Assembly (NCBI GenBank): GCA_964540715.1 | Contig: CAZINZ010000001.1 | Coordinates: 21,806 to 85,805 of the forward strand | Direction: 5' to 3' | DNA length: 64,000 nucleotides | DNA from: an uncultured Syntrophaceae bacterium | GTDB lineage: Bacteria > Desulfobacterota > Syntrophia > Syntrophales > UBA2210 | In this document: positions 53,392 to 62,535 of the stretch, piece after piece | How positions within the stretch are numbered: position 1 is the stretch's first letter | Layout of the letters: each line of letters opens with the position of its first letter | Notes under the pieces: model-generated | The model's input: the letters and a program-made list of their open reading frames with translations, nothing else | Databases searched by the model: none | Told to the model about the DNA's origin: nothing | Made by a program: the position numbers and the translations under genes

Positions 53392-54204
53392 TCAAAAATT
53401 GTGCATGGTTACAAAAATGATATTCACGCCAACAAAAGTGAAAAGGAGTCCCGCAAAAGCGATAATGGACAGAAGGGCCGCCTTCCTTCCCTTCCATCCC
53501 ATGGCTATCCTCTGGTGAATCAGAATGGCATAAATAAGCCAGGAGATTGCGGTAAATATCAGCTTCGGGTCCCAGTGCCAGCTATTACCCCAGATGGTCC
53601 GGGCCCATATCGAGCCGGCAATAATGCCGAACGTCAGCAGCGGAAATCCCCAGACAATACATATATGATTAATCCTGTCAAGATCCTGCAGGGACGGAAG
53701 CAGCCCACTGAACCCGCTCACATTCTTGCCCTTTATCAGATTGTCCTGCAACAGGTACATCATCCCTGCAAGGCATGCCAGCGCGAAGAGAGCCCCTCCG
53801 GTAAGCAGTAACACAACATGGACGGGAACCCAGTCTCCTCGCATGGCGGAAGGTATGGAGGCTCCATCCACCAATCCGGCGGATGCCGCTATCATCATAA
53901 CCAGAACCGCGGGGGACACAAAAGCGCCAAGTACCCGCGTCTTCGTCTTTGTCTGGAAAGCAAGATAAGCGCCGGAAACAGCCCAGGCGATGAATGACAG
54001 CGAACCATAGATGTCAGCGGACGGCACAGATTCGGCCCCAATCCATTGAATAACTACATAGATCGAGTGCAGAGCGAATGCCAGAGAAAACGCCCACATC
54101 GAGACCTTCGCCACCCTGACTCTCCCGACAGAAATCGAGATGATATATCCGGCCGTGCTCACAAAGTAAGCGACAAGCGACATCCTGAAAAACATCATCT
54201 CCAT
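53392..54204 (-). CDS. CcsA/HemX-like cytochrome c assembly family membrane protein
   Basis: 270 aa, polytopic, with the Trp-rich motif WGNSWHWDPK. It lies between sirC and hemA, like the hemX-type gene of hemA operons. Confidence 0.7.
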   Translation of the reverse strand: MEMMFFRMSLVAYFVSTAGYIISISVGRVRVAKVSMWAFSLAFALHSIYVVIQWIGAESVPSADIYGSLSFIAWAVSGAYLAFQTKTKTRVLGAFVSPAVLVMMIAASAGLVDGASIPSAMRGDWVPVHVVLLLTGGALFALACLAGMMYLLQDNLIKGKNVSGFSGLLPSLQDLDRINHICIVWGFPLLTFGIIAGSIWARTIWGNSWHWDPKLIFTAISWLIYAILIHQRIAMGWKGRKAALLSIIAFAGLLFTFVGVNIIFVTMHNF

Positions 54205-54302
54205 AGGTTCACCCGAGTGTTATAATCCCTGATTCCTCAAACCAGTTTTCTGTTCCCCTCGACCATTTGGCCCCTTGAATCCCGAACTCTTTTTTTCAGC
54301 CC

Positions 54303-54959
54303 TCACAGTTCCATCTGCTTGCCGGTGCAGTCTCTGAAGATCTCTCTTGCCTTGTCCCATTCCTCTTTTCTTATGTGCCGGAGTATATCGGAATCCAACA
54401 CAGATTCAAATATCCTTTTGTTTTCCGCAGACGTGTCTCCACGAGCAATTATTTTCTCCCTGAGATTACCCATGATATCGAGGAGAATGCCATATTCCGG
54501 GCCAAATTTCTCCTCCATATTTTCCCTCAGTCTTCTGGCCATCGCGGGGCTCTTTCCCCCGGTTGATACGGCTATAACAAGGTCTTTCCGACGAAAGATT
54601 GCAGGCAATATGAAATTGCATCTCGAGGGCTCATCTACTACATTCACCAATATTCCCCTGCCGCGCGAGTCACGATAGATTTTTTCATTGACCTCGCTCC
54701 GGTTGGTTGCCCCGATTACGAGAAAGGCACCTTCTATGTGTTCTTCACTGTAGTCATCAGGCACATGTTCTATAGCCTCATCATCCTTCATTGCACGCAA
54801 CCCCGGGGTCAGGATCTTCCCGACAACAACAACTGTCGCGCCACACTCGAGGAGTCTTATCACCTTTCTTTCGGCAACATCGCCTCCACCCACGACAACA
54901 CATCTTTCATTCGAGACATCAAGACTTACGGGATAAAATTTCATCAGCTCCATCCTCAT
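54303..54959 (-). CDS. sirC: precorrin-2 dehydrogenase / sirohydrochlorin ferrochelatase (SirC/CysG N-terminal-like)
   Basis: CVVVGGGDVAERKVIRLLECGATVVVVG. The start is uncertain among M16, M18 and M21 of the ORF-track product. Confidence 0.75.
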   Translation of the reverse strand: MRMELMKFYPVSLDVSNERCVVVGGGDVAERKVIRLLECGATVVVVGKILTPGLRAMKDDEAIEHVPDDYSEEHIEGAFLVIGATNRSEVNEKIYRDSRGRGILVNVVDEPSRCNFILPAIFRRKDLVIAVSTGGKSPAMARRLRENMEEKFGPEYGILLDIMGNLREKIIARGDTSAENKRIFESVLDSDILRHIRKEEWDKAREIFRDCTGKQMEL

Positions 54960-55057
54960 GTTAAAATAGAAGAAAGGAATATCATGAAGGCCGTGAAACT
55001 TCAAGTTGCTTGAAATAACGGCAAATGGATGATAGTTTCAGCATCAGGAGGTAAGCC

Positions 55058-55987
55058 ATGCCGGAAATAAAGGAGAAATGGATCGAGATAACCGTTCTGA
55101 CGCCGCCTGAGCTGGTTGACGCGCTGTCAAACTTCCTGGAGGAGATGGGGGCGGACGGCGTATTTCAGGAAGCTGAAATAGAAGATTCATTCACCGACCT
55201 TAAGACCTCCACAAGGGAAACGATAAAAGCCTACCTTCCGTGGGAACGCAGCGTGAAGAAACAGACCGCGCAAATCGAAGCATATATCAACAGTGTTTTC
55301 TCACTGTTTCCCGGAGTGGTAAAACCGCAATTCTCCACAAAGACAATCATCAATCCCGACTGGGGTGAACAGTGGAAGAAATTTTTTAAACCTCTCAGGG
55401 TGAGCAATAATATAGTGATTAAACCGACATGGGAACGATATTCCCCTGCCGGGCGGGATATTGTCATTGACATAGATCCAGGAATGGCCTTCGGCACTGG
55501 GCAGCATGCCTCAACGGTAATGTGCATCATGGCCATTGAGGACATACTGCTGAAAGACAGCAGGCGGGAGGAGTATGACATACTGGACGTCGGCACAGGC
55601 ACCGGCATACTCGCCATATGTGCCGCAAAGCTCGGCGCACGCATGGTAACAGGCATCGACATAGACCCAAAGGCTGTTGAGATAGCACGGACAAATATCG
55701 GCATAAACCGGGTGGAGAATCGGGTTGAGATTATCAATCGCGATATTGCCCAGTTCAGTGGCAGTTTCGACCTGATAGTGGCCAATCTGATATCGGGTGC
55801 ACTTATAAAGCTTCACTCGCAATTGATATCTCTGACAAAACCCGGGGGGCATATCATAGCATCGGGGATCACAGAGCAGGACGCGAAAGACGTAGAGATG
55901 ACATTCTGCAACGGTGAAACCGTGTTGCATGAAACAAAGCGGGAAAATGAATGGGTCTGTTTCACTTTTAAGAGGACCGACAGATAA
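55058..55987 (+). CDS. prmA: ribosomal protein L11 methyltransferase
   Basis: IDPGMAFGTGQHASTVMC, LDVGTGTGILAICAAKLGA, DIDPKAVE. Confidence 0.9.
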   Translation: MPEIKEKWIEITVLTPPELVDALSNFLEEMGADGVFQEAEIEDSFTDLKTSTRETIKAYLPWERSVKKQTAQIEAYINSVFSLFPGVVKPQFSTKTIINPDWGEQWKKFFKPLRVSNNIVIKPTWERYSPAGRDIVIDIDPGMAFGTGQHASTVMCIMAIEDILLKDSRREEYDILDVGTGTGILAICAAKLGARMVTGIDIDPKAVEIARTNIGINRVENRVEIINRDIAQFSGSFDLIVANLISGALIKLHSQLISLTKPGGHIIASGITEQDAKDVEMTFCNGETVLHETKRENEWVCFTFKRTDR

Positions 55988-56080
55988 CCCCCCTATACCA
56001 ACCTGTCTGCGTGCGGACACGCACATGCACGCGCATACAGGCACAGAGGTGCCCCAGGGCACAGGACAGGAAGACGGCGA

Positions 56081-56842
56081 TTGGCAATACCAAGAATCTA
56101 CAGCCCGCAGGAAATCAGTGCGGGAATAACTTCGAAATTAGGCAATGAATATTTTACCTACATAAAAGAAGTTCTGCGTCTCAATAAAGGAGATGAGCTG
56201 ATACTTTTTGACGGTTCCGGCCACGAATACCGATCAGTCATCAGGGATTTCAACACCCACAATGTCTGTCTTGATATTATCAGTAAAGAGATTATTAAAC
56301 TGCCGGCCATTCACATCACCCTCGCCCAGTCGCTCCCCAAGGGGAACAAAATAGAAATGATTATTCAAAAATCTACGGAACTGGGTGCAAGCAGGATATT
56401 ACCCTTTATATCCTCAAGATCCATATCAAGACCGGCAGGCACCCGGGCCACGAGCAAAGCTGCAAGGTGGCGCAAGATAGCCATAGAAGCATCCAGACAG
56501 TGCGGCAGGGGAGATGTACCGGAGGTGAGCGAGATAGTATCTTTCGATGAAATGCTGAGCAGCCCTGACAGTCATAATCTCCGTATAATCCTGTGGGAGG
56601 CGGAACCGGAAAGGGGAATAAGGGAGATATTGACGGAAAAAAAACACGCGAACGCGAACAGCTTTTTTGTCGTCATAGGTCCTGAAGGCGGATTCTCGTG
56701 GGAAGAGATTGAAAAGGCACAAAAATGTGATTTTATCACGGCAAACCTGGGAAGGCTTATCCTGAGGACCGAGACTGCCCCACTTGCCATCATCTCCATC
56801 CTCCAGTATGAAAAAGGAGTATTCGGTGCGCTCGCAGGATGA
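56081..56842 (+). CDS. rsmE: 16S rRNA (uracil1498-N3)-methyltransferase
   Basis: RLNKGDELILFDGSG, ITLAQSLPKGNKIEMIIQKSTELGA, VIGPEGGFS, RTETA. It uses a TTG start. Confidence 0.85.
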   Translation: MAIPRIYSPQEISAGITSKLGNEYFTYIKEVLRLNKGDELILFDGSGHEYRSVIRDFNTHNVCLDIISKEIIKLPAIHITLAQSLPKGNKIEMIIQKSTELGASRILPFISSRSISRPAGTRATSKAARWRKIAIEASRQCGRGDVPEVSEIVSFDEMLSSPDSHNLRIILWEAEPERGIREILTEKKHANANSFFVVIGPEGGFSWEEIEKAQKCDFITANLGRLILRTETAPLAIISILQYEKGVFGALAG

Positions 56843-56865
56843 AAGAAAAAGGAGATAATCGAACT

Positions 56866-57432
56866 ATGGTGTTCTACGGCGGATTCTGGCAAAGATTCGT
56901 GGCCTTTTCAATAGACATGTTCATACTTAATATATTCACCTTCATCATGTTATTAATGGGAAGTCTTATCGTCCCGTTTCAATGCGATCCAATGTATCTG
57001 ACGGACTCTTCTTCGGCATTTTTCCGATACTACGGCTTTACCATTTTGATAAACGCTGCCTATTTCACTTATTTTTACGGCACCACGGGTCAGACACCGG
57101 GAAAGAAACTGCTTGGTCTCAAGGTTGTTCGGACAGATGGAGAATCCATGACCCTTGGGACAGCCTTTCTGAGATGGGTAGGATACATAATATCCAAGCT
57201 GCCACTCTTCCTGGGTTTTATATGGATAGGATTCGATGGCAGGAAACAGGGATGGCATGATAAGATAGCGGGCACATATGTAATCAAAACCCACAGATAT
57301 CAGAAGATAGATGATCAGGTACCACCGGATGTCTCGTTCGGGCCTACCTTTGAAAACTGTTCGGGCAGAAACACCGTATTTGAAAATAAACAGAGCAATG
57401 ATGCACCAGAGAACACCCGATTCAATGGATAA
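56866..57432 (+). CDS. RDD-family membrane protein
   Basis: GGFWQRFVAFSIDMFIL...GQTPGKKLLGLKVV...GWHDKIAGTYVI. Confidence 0.75.
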   Translation: MVFYGGFWQRFVAFSIDMFILNIFTFIMLLMGSLIVPFQCDPMYLTDSSSAFFRYYGFTILINAAYFTYFYGTTGQTPGKKLLGLKVVRTDGESMTLGTAFLRWVGYIISKLPLFLGFIWIGFDGRKQGWHDKIAGTYVIKTHRYQKIDDQVPPDVSFGPTFENCSGRNTVFENKQSNDAPENTRFNG

Positions 57433-57471
57433 GCGCCTGTTCTCTACAGCAATGAGGGCGGGTTTTTGAGC

Positions 57472-57498
57472 TTGACATGATACGTAAAGTGATATAGT
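57472..57498 (+). promoter_or_regulatory. sigma-70 promoter candidate for rpsT
   Basis: TTGACA (57472-57477), 15 nt spacer ending in TGa, then TATAGT (57493-57498), i.e. an extended -10. Confidence 0.45.
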
Positions 57499-57536
57499 GA
57501 GACACCCTTCAAAACATCACAAGGGAGGAAATATTT

Positions 57537-57800
57537 TTGGCAAATCATAAGTCCGTGGAAAAAAGAGCCCGACAAAGCGAGAAGAGGAGGATGAGAAATG
57601 CCTCCGCGAAGACTCGCGTTAAGACAAGCGTCAAGGCGGTGCTCAAATCCGTTGATGAAAAGGATGTGGAAAATTCACGCAGCGTACTGTTCAACACAAC
57701 CAGAACAATAGCCAAGGCAGCCGCCAGCGGGCTGTTCCACAAAAAGACAGCTGCCCGCAAGATATCGAGATTGACAAAAAAGGTGAACTCACTGGGATAG
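57537..57800 (+). CDS. rpsT: 30S ribosomal protein S20
   Basis: ANHKSVEKRARQSEKRRMRNASAKTRVKT. It uses a TTG start. Confidence 0.95.
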   Translation: MANHKSVEKRARQSEKRRMRNASAKTRVKTSVKAVLKSVDEKDVENSRSVLFNTTRTIAKAAASGLFHKKTAARKISRLTKKVNSLG

Positions 57801-57802
57801 CA

Positions 57803-58318
57803 TCAGAATCCCGACATTATATTCCGAAATGCCTTATCTGCCATATCAATTGACAGCTCTCTGATGGCGACGTTTTTGTTCGCCGAGGTCGATGAGACGT
57901 CAGTTTGAACATTATAGGCCTCTCTTCCCGTGAGGCCTTTGTTAGTCCAGATAGATTTGCCATTGTCAGTTCTCGTAAACGCTACCTCCAGTACCATATA
58001 AACACGATCCTCTTTGGCCATATCACTGCTGCTGTACGCAACGTGGGATGTAGTGATGCTCTTTATCTTTCCGGCCAGAACCGCGTCAGCCCTGTCTTTG
58101 TCGGCGACAACAGTAAATCGGGAGCTCCTTCTAAAACGGGTAAAAAACGCGTTCCTAATATAGTTTTCAACATTCGCTTCGCTGGTGCTGTTGGAAAATT
58201 CGCCGACAAAAATCTCCTGTATTTCAGCGGCGATATTCTCTCCACCCGGAGAAAAATGATACCCACAGCCGAGACAGGTGAACAGCAGTAAAACATATAT
58301 AATCCATTTTGTTTTCAT
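57803..58318 (-). CDS. lptE: LPS-assembly lipoprotein LptE-like
   Basis: 171 aa with lipobox LGCGYHF, positioned directly downstream of leuS as in E. coli. Confidence 0.65.
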   Translation of the reverse strand: MKTKWIIYVLLLFTCLGCGYHFSPGGENIAAEIQEIFVGEFSNSTSEANVENYIRNAFFTRFRRSSRFTVVADKDRADAVLAGKIKSITTSHVAYSSSDMAKEDRVYMVLEVAFTRTDNGKSIWTNKGLTGREAYNVQTDVSSTSANKNVAIRELSIDMADKAFRNIMSGF

Positions 58319-58338
58319 GAAAAACCTCTCGTTTAAAG

Positions 58339-58380
58339 AGTTACGAGTTGCGAGTTGCGGGTTGCGGGTTGCGGGTTGCG
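58339..58380. repeat. heptanucleotide microsatellite, 6 units ((A/G)GTTGCG)
   Basis: AGTTACG AGTTGCG AGTTGCG GGTTGCG GGTTGCG GGTTGCG, located between the leuS stop and the lptE start. Confidence 0.9.
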
Positions 58381-58422
58381 CTGTCAGGATATCCCCGTGA
58401 CTTTTCCTCGAATACTTGAACC

Positions 58423-61005
58423 CTATTTAACAACAATATTGACCAGTTTTTTCGGGACATAAATTTCTTTGACTATATCCTTGTTCCCGGTAAACTGTTT
58501 TATTTTTTCATTATTCAGGGCAAGTTTCTTGATTTTCTCGTCGGTTTCATCCGCGTCGATCAGTATCCTGCTTCGCACCTTTCCATTGACCTGAATGACT
58601 ATGGTGATCTTTTCTTCCGCGACAACCGCTTCATCAAAAACAGGCCAGCCGGTTTCGGAAAGACCTCCACTTCTGCCGATCATTTCCCAGAGTTCTTCCG
58701 TTATGTGCGGCACTATGGGCGAAAGGAGAGTGATGATGCTTTCTACCGTTTCCCTTATCACAGAGAGGGCTTTTCTGTCATTCTTTTCCGGTCGTTCGGT
58801 CTGATAAAGCGTGTTTACAAGCTCCATGACCGCACTGATCGCCGTGTTGAAGTGAAACCTGTTTTCAATATCGGTGGTAACCTTTTTGATGGTCTGGTGC
58901 GTCTTCTTTCTCAGTTCCTTCAGATCACCTTCAATCTTTTCTCCGCTGTCAAAAGGCTCCACACCTCTAATATCATCAAGATAATCCACAACAATGCGCC
59001 ATACCCTGCCAAGGAAACGAAAAGCGCCGTCAACACCCTGATCGCTCCATTCCAGATCCTTCTCAGGCGGTGCAGCAAAGAGACAGAATATCCTGGCCGT
59101 GTCTGACCCATACTCGTCAATTATAAAATCGGGATCAACAACATTCTTTAGCGATTTTGACATCTTCTCGGTCTTTCCTACCTTTGCCTCAAGACCGCAA
59201 TGGGTGCATTTCCCGTCTTTCACCTCTTCGGGCAGAAGATATCCATGTTTCGCGCATCTCATGGTCTCTTTGCAGACCATCCCCTGGGTAAGCAGATTTG
59301 AAAAGGGTTCATCTATACCGATCACGCCGAAGTCCCTGAGCATCTTTGTGTAGAACCTCGCGTAAAGAAGGTGCAGGATGGCATGTTCGATTCCGCCAAT
59401 ATACTGGTCCACAGGCATCCAGTAATCCACTTTTGCCCTGTCGAGTCCAGGCTTCTCAGAACAATCCGCGCAGCAGAACCGGTCAAAGTACCATGAGGAT
59501 TCAACAAATGTATCCATTGTGTCCGTTTCCCTCTTTGCCGCTCCATGACAATTGGGACAGGTCACGTTTATAAATGAGTCCATCATCTCAAGCGGTGATC
59601 CGCCCTCCCCCGTTAACTCCACATCTTTCGGCAGAACAACGGGGAGGTCCTCTTCAGGAACAGGAACAGTGCCGCACTTTTCGCAGTTGATGATGGGAAT
59701 AGGAGTCCCCCAGTAGCGCTGCCGGGATATGCCCCAGTCCCTCAGACGATACTCGACGGTCTTTTTCCCTCTGTTTATCGATTCGAGGTATTCCGCGATA
59801 TCCTCCAGGGCCTGCATGTTTTTCATGCCGTCAAACTTTCCGGAATTAGCAAGAATTCCCTCATCCGCATAGGCCTCGGTCATAGTGTCGGCATCCAGCG
59901 GATTATCAGGATCCTGTATAACTACAATCTTCTCAAGGCCGTACTTTTCGGCGAATTCAAAATCGCGCTGATCATGCGTGGGGACTGCCATGACACATCC
60001 AGTGCCATACTCTGCAAGCACAAAATTCGCCGCGTAGATCGGCATCTTTTTGTCTGTAACCGGATTCAGGCACCAGGCATCCAGGAACACGCCCTCTTTA
60101 TCGTAATAATCGGACGTCCTCATCATCTTGTCCTGTTTGTTGACGCGCTTCACAAAGTCCCTGACTTCCTGCTCCACCGGTTTTCCCTTCGCTAACTCCA
60201 TTACGAGGGGATGTTCCGCCGCTATCAGCATGAATGTTGCGCCAAATATCGTATCCTGCCTGGTTGTAAAGACCTTGATTACATCATCGGAATCGACCAT
60301 TGGAAAAACTAATTCGCATCCGTAACTCTTACCGATCCAGTTTCGCTGCATCGTGAGGACCCTTTCAGGCCATCCGGGCAGTTTGTCGCAGTAATCCAGC
60401 AGTTCCTCCACATAATCAGTAATACGGAAAAACCACTGATCAAAATTCTTTCCAATGATCTCGCTTCCACATCTCCAGCACAGGCCCGCTTCCACCTGCT
60501 CATTGGCCAGGACTGTTTTGCATGTGGGACACCAGTTGACCGAACCGCCCTTCTTATAGGCAAGACCCTTTTCGTACATCCAGAGGAAAAAGAGCTGCTC
60601 CCACCGGTAATACTCCGGTTCGCATGTGGATATCTCCCTGTCCCAGTCATAACTGAACCCCATTGTCTTAAGCTGTTTCCTCATGGAGTCGATATTTTCA
60701 TTTGTCCACTTCGCGGGAGGTATCTCATGCTCAATGGCGGCATTTTCCGCCGGCATACCGAAGGAATCCCATCCTATGGGATGAAGAACATTGTATCCTC
60801 TCATTTTCTTGTACCGTGCCACCACATCGCCGATGGTATAGTTTCTCACATGCCCCATATGAATCCTGCCGGAAGGATATGGAAACATTTCGAGGAGATA
60901 AAATTTTTTCCTTTCCGTATCCTCGCTTACTATGAACGTCTTTTCATCCTCCCAGAATTTCTGCCATTTCTTTTCTATTTCCCGAGGATTATACTTTCTC
61001 TTCAT
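58423..61005 (-). CDS. leuS: leucine--tRNA ligase
   Basis: 860 aa with [17 protein letters not shown] (HIGH) and KMSKSLKN (KMSKS). Confidence 0.95.
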   Translation of the reverse strand: MKRKYNPREIEKKWQKFWEDEKTFIVSEDTERKKFYLLEMFPYPSGRIHMGHVRNYTIGDVVARYKKMRGYNVLHPIGWDSFGMPAENAAIEHEIPPAKWTNENIDSMRKQLKTMGFSYDWDREISTCEPEYYRWEQLFFLWMYEKGLAYKKGGSVNWCPTCKTVLANEQVEAGLCWRCGSEIIGKNFDQWFFRITDYVEELLDYCDKLPGWPERVLTMQRNWIGKSYGCELVFPMVDSDDVIKVFTTRQDTIFGATFMLIAAEHPLVMELAKGKPVEQEVRDFVKRVNKQDKMMRTSDYYDKEGVFLDAWCLNPVTDKKMPIYAANFVLAEYGTGCVMAVPTHDQRDFEFAEKYGLEKIVVIQDPDNPLDADTMTEAYADEGILANSGKFDGMKNMQALEDIAEYLESINRGKKTVEYRLRDWGISRQRYWGTPIPIINCEKCGTVPVPEEDLPVVLPKDVELTGEGGSPLEMMDSFINVTCPNCHGAAKRETDTMDTFVESSWYFDRFCCADCSEKPGLDRAKVDYWMPVDQYIGGIEHAILHLLYARFYTKMLRDFGVIGIDEPFSNLLTQGMVCKETMRCAKHGYLLPEEVKDGKCTHCGLEAKVGKTEKMSKSLKNVVDPDFIIDEYGSDTARIFCLFAAPPEKDLEWSDQGVDGAFRFLGRVWRIVVDYLDDIRGVEPFDSGEKIEGDLKELRKKTHQTIKKVTTDIENRFHFNTAISAVMELVNTLYQTERPEKNDRKALSVIRETVESIITLLSPIVPHITEELWEMIGRSGGLSETGWPVFDEAVVAEEKITIVIQVNGKVRSRILIDADETDEKIKKLALNNEKIKQFTGNKDIVKEIYVPKKLVNIVVK

Positions 61006-61096
61006 AACAATCTCCCTTAATAAAAGTGGAAGGAATCTCTAACATGTCTCAGGCATTCTTTCAATCCCATTTTTCCAATTATCATGGCCACCTTTC

Positions 61097-61125
61097 TTGA
61101 CATATGAAAAATCGATAAATATATT
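61097..61125 (+). promoter_or_regulatory. sigma-70 promoter for gmhA
   Basis: TTGACA (61097-61102), 17 nt spacer, TATATT (61120-61125). The ORF-track start at 61097 is in fact the -35 box. Confidence 0.55.
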
Positions 61126-61130
61126 ACGCT

Positions 61131-61157
61131 CCAGAAACGCCAGAAACGCCAGAAACG
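61131..61157. repeat. 9-nt tandem repeat (CCAGAAACG x3) in the predicted gmhA 5'UTR
   Basis: Direct reading. The repeat starts ~6 nt after the -10 box and ends 11 nt before the ATG at 61169. Confidence 0.9.
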
Positions 61158-61168
61158 GAGAAAATAAG

Positions 61169-61765
61169 ATGGAAGACATTGAAGACATGGTAATAAGAGC
61201 ATTCCGGGAAAGCGGCCGGGTCAAAGAAGTTTTCATAAATGAGAATGTTTCCAAACTCGTCAAAGTGGTCGATGTAATTACACAGGCCATGAGCGACAAC
61301 AATAAGGTAATGTTGTTCGGAAACGGGGGCAGCGCCGCGGATTCTCAGCACCTTGCGGCTGAATTTGTAAACAGATTCCTGATCGAGAGACCACCCCTCC
61401 CGGCAATCGCACTCACCACGGATACCTCAATCATAACAAGCATCGCCAATGATTATGATTTCTCAGATATCTTTTCCAAGCAGATAAGAGCCATCGGAAA
61501 CAAAGGGGATGTGGCTTGGGGCATAAGCACCAGTGGATCATCGCCCAACATATTGAAGGCTTTCGAAACCGCTGCCAGACTGGGAATGATAACCATCGCC
61601 TTTACCGGAAAAGATGGGGGCGAAATGGCAAAAGTAGCGGATCACTGCCTTAATGTTTCTTCCAGCAGCACGGCCCGCATTCAGGAAGCCCATATCACAG
61701 CGGGACATGTCATTTGTGACATGATAGACTATAAACTGTTCAGGAAACCGGATAATCCCTCCTGA
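61169..61765 (+). CDS. gmhA: SIS-domain phosphoheptose isomerase (GmhA/DiaA family)
   Basis: VMLFGNGGSAADSQHLAAEFVNRF, ISTSGSSPNIL, QEAHITAGHVIC. The ATG at 61169 is preceded by GGAGAA. Confidence 0.8.
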   Translation: MEDIEDMVIRAFRESGRVKEVFINENVSKLVKVVDVITQAMSDNNKVMLFGNGGSAADSQHLAAEFVNRFLIERPPLPAIALTTDTSIITSIANDYDFSDIFSKQIRAIGNKGDVAWGISTSGSSPNILKAFETAARLGMITIAFTGKDGGEMAKVADHCLNVSSSSTARIQEAHITAGHVICDMIDYKLFRKPDNPS

Positions 61766-61960
61766 CAACGGAGATCGTCAAATAGTTGAGTTGCTGAGAG
61801 TAAGTAAAAAGCATGGCAAAACGGCTCGTTAGGACTTTGGTCGCGCAAAACGTCAGATTTTCAGATGAACGATATTACGCGCATAACAATAGACTCTTAG
61901 CCATCTCTTTACTTATTCACTTAACGCGGACTGTTGGTAAAAAAGGATAATCATATAATT

Positions 61961-62506
61961 ATGAGTGACGATATAAAGAATGCAGAACATGACGAGAAAG
62001 ACAGCGGTGTTGCCCATGTAAAGCCGGCCTCGAAAAAAGAACTTCTCGCAAAGCTGGAGGAAGCAGACAAAAAAGCTGCCGAGAATCATGATAAGTATCT
62101 CCGCGCCTGCGCAGAATTTGATAATTATAAAAAAAGGGTGGCAAGAAATCGCGAGGATTATATAAAATATGGAAATGAAACCCTCATAAAAGACCTGCTG
62201 CCGACAATAGACAACATGGAGAGGGCGCTGGGACAAGCATCCAACTCGGAAGATTTTGAGGCATTTGTGGACGGACTCGCCATGATTCGCGACAGCTTTC
62301 TCGCTACACTCGGCAGGCATGGCGTTGAGAAAATAGATATCATCGGAAAGGATTTTGACCCAACCTTTCATGAAGCAATGATGCAGGTGGAGGGCAAAAA
62401 GAAGGAAGACAACAAGATCGTAGAAGAATTTGAAAAGGGATACCTTTTGAACAACAGGTTGCTGAGACCGTCTAAGGTATCCATCTCAAAACATGTAGAC
62501 AAATAA
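61961..62506 (+). CDS. grpE: nucleotide exchange factor GrpE
   Basis: [45 protein letters not shown]. Confidence 0.9.
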   Translation: MSDDIKNAEHDEKDSGVAHVKPASKKELLAKLEEADKKAAENHDKYLRACAEFDNYKKRVARNREDYIKYGNETLIKDLLPTIDNMERALGQASNSEDFEAFVDGLAMIRDSFLATLGRHGVEKIDIIGKDFDPTFHEAMMQVEGKKKEDNKIVEEFEKGYLLNNRLLRPSKVSISKHVDK

Positions 62507-62535
62507 AAACAAATATCACAGGAGGTCTGATTAAA

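Noticed and set aside
58339-61157. Tandem repeats at 58339-58380 and 61131-61157 (also 9425-9451 and 50401-50422) as possible CRISPR arrays
   Set aside because: The units are 7-12 nt and directly abutting with no spacers. No cas genes are present in the window. They are microsatellite-type repeats.
61766-61960. CIRCE (HrcA operator) or sigma-32 promoter upstream of grpE-dnaK
   Set aside because: Only fragments resembling half-sites are present (GAGTTGCTGA near 61787 and CTCTTAGCC near 61893). They are ~100 nt apart rather than N9, and no CTTGAAA...CCCCAT pair was seen. No convincing heat-shock element could be called by eye.
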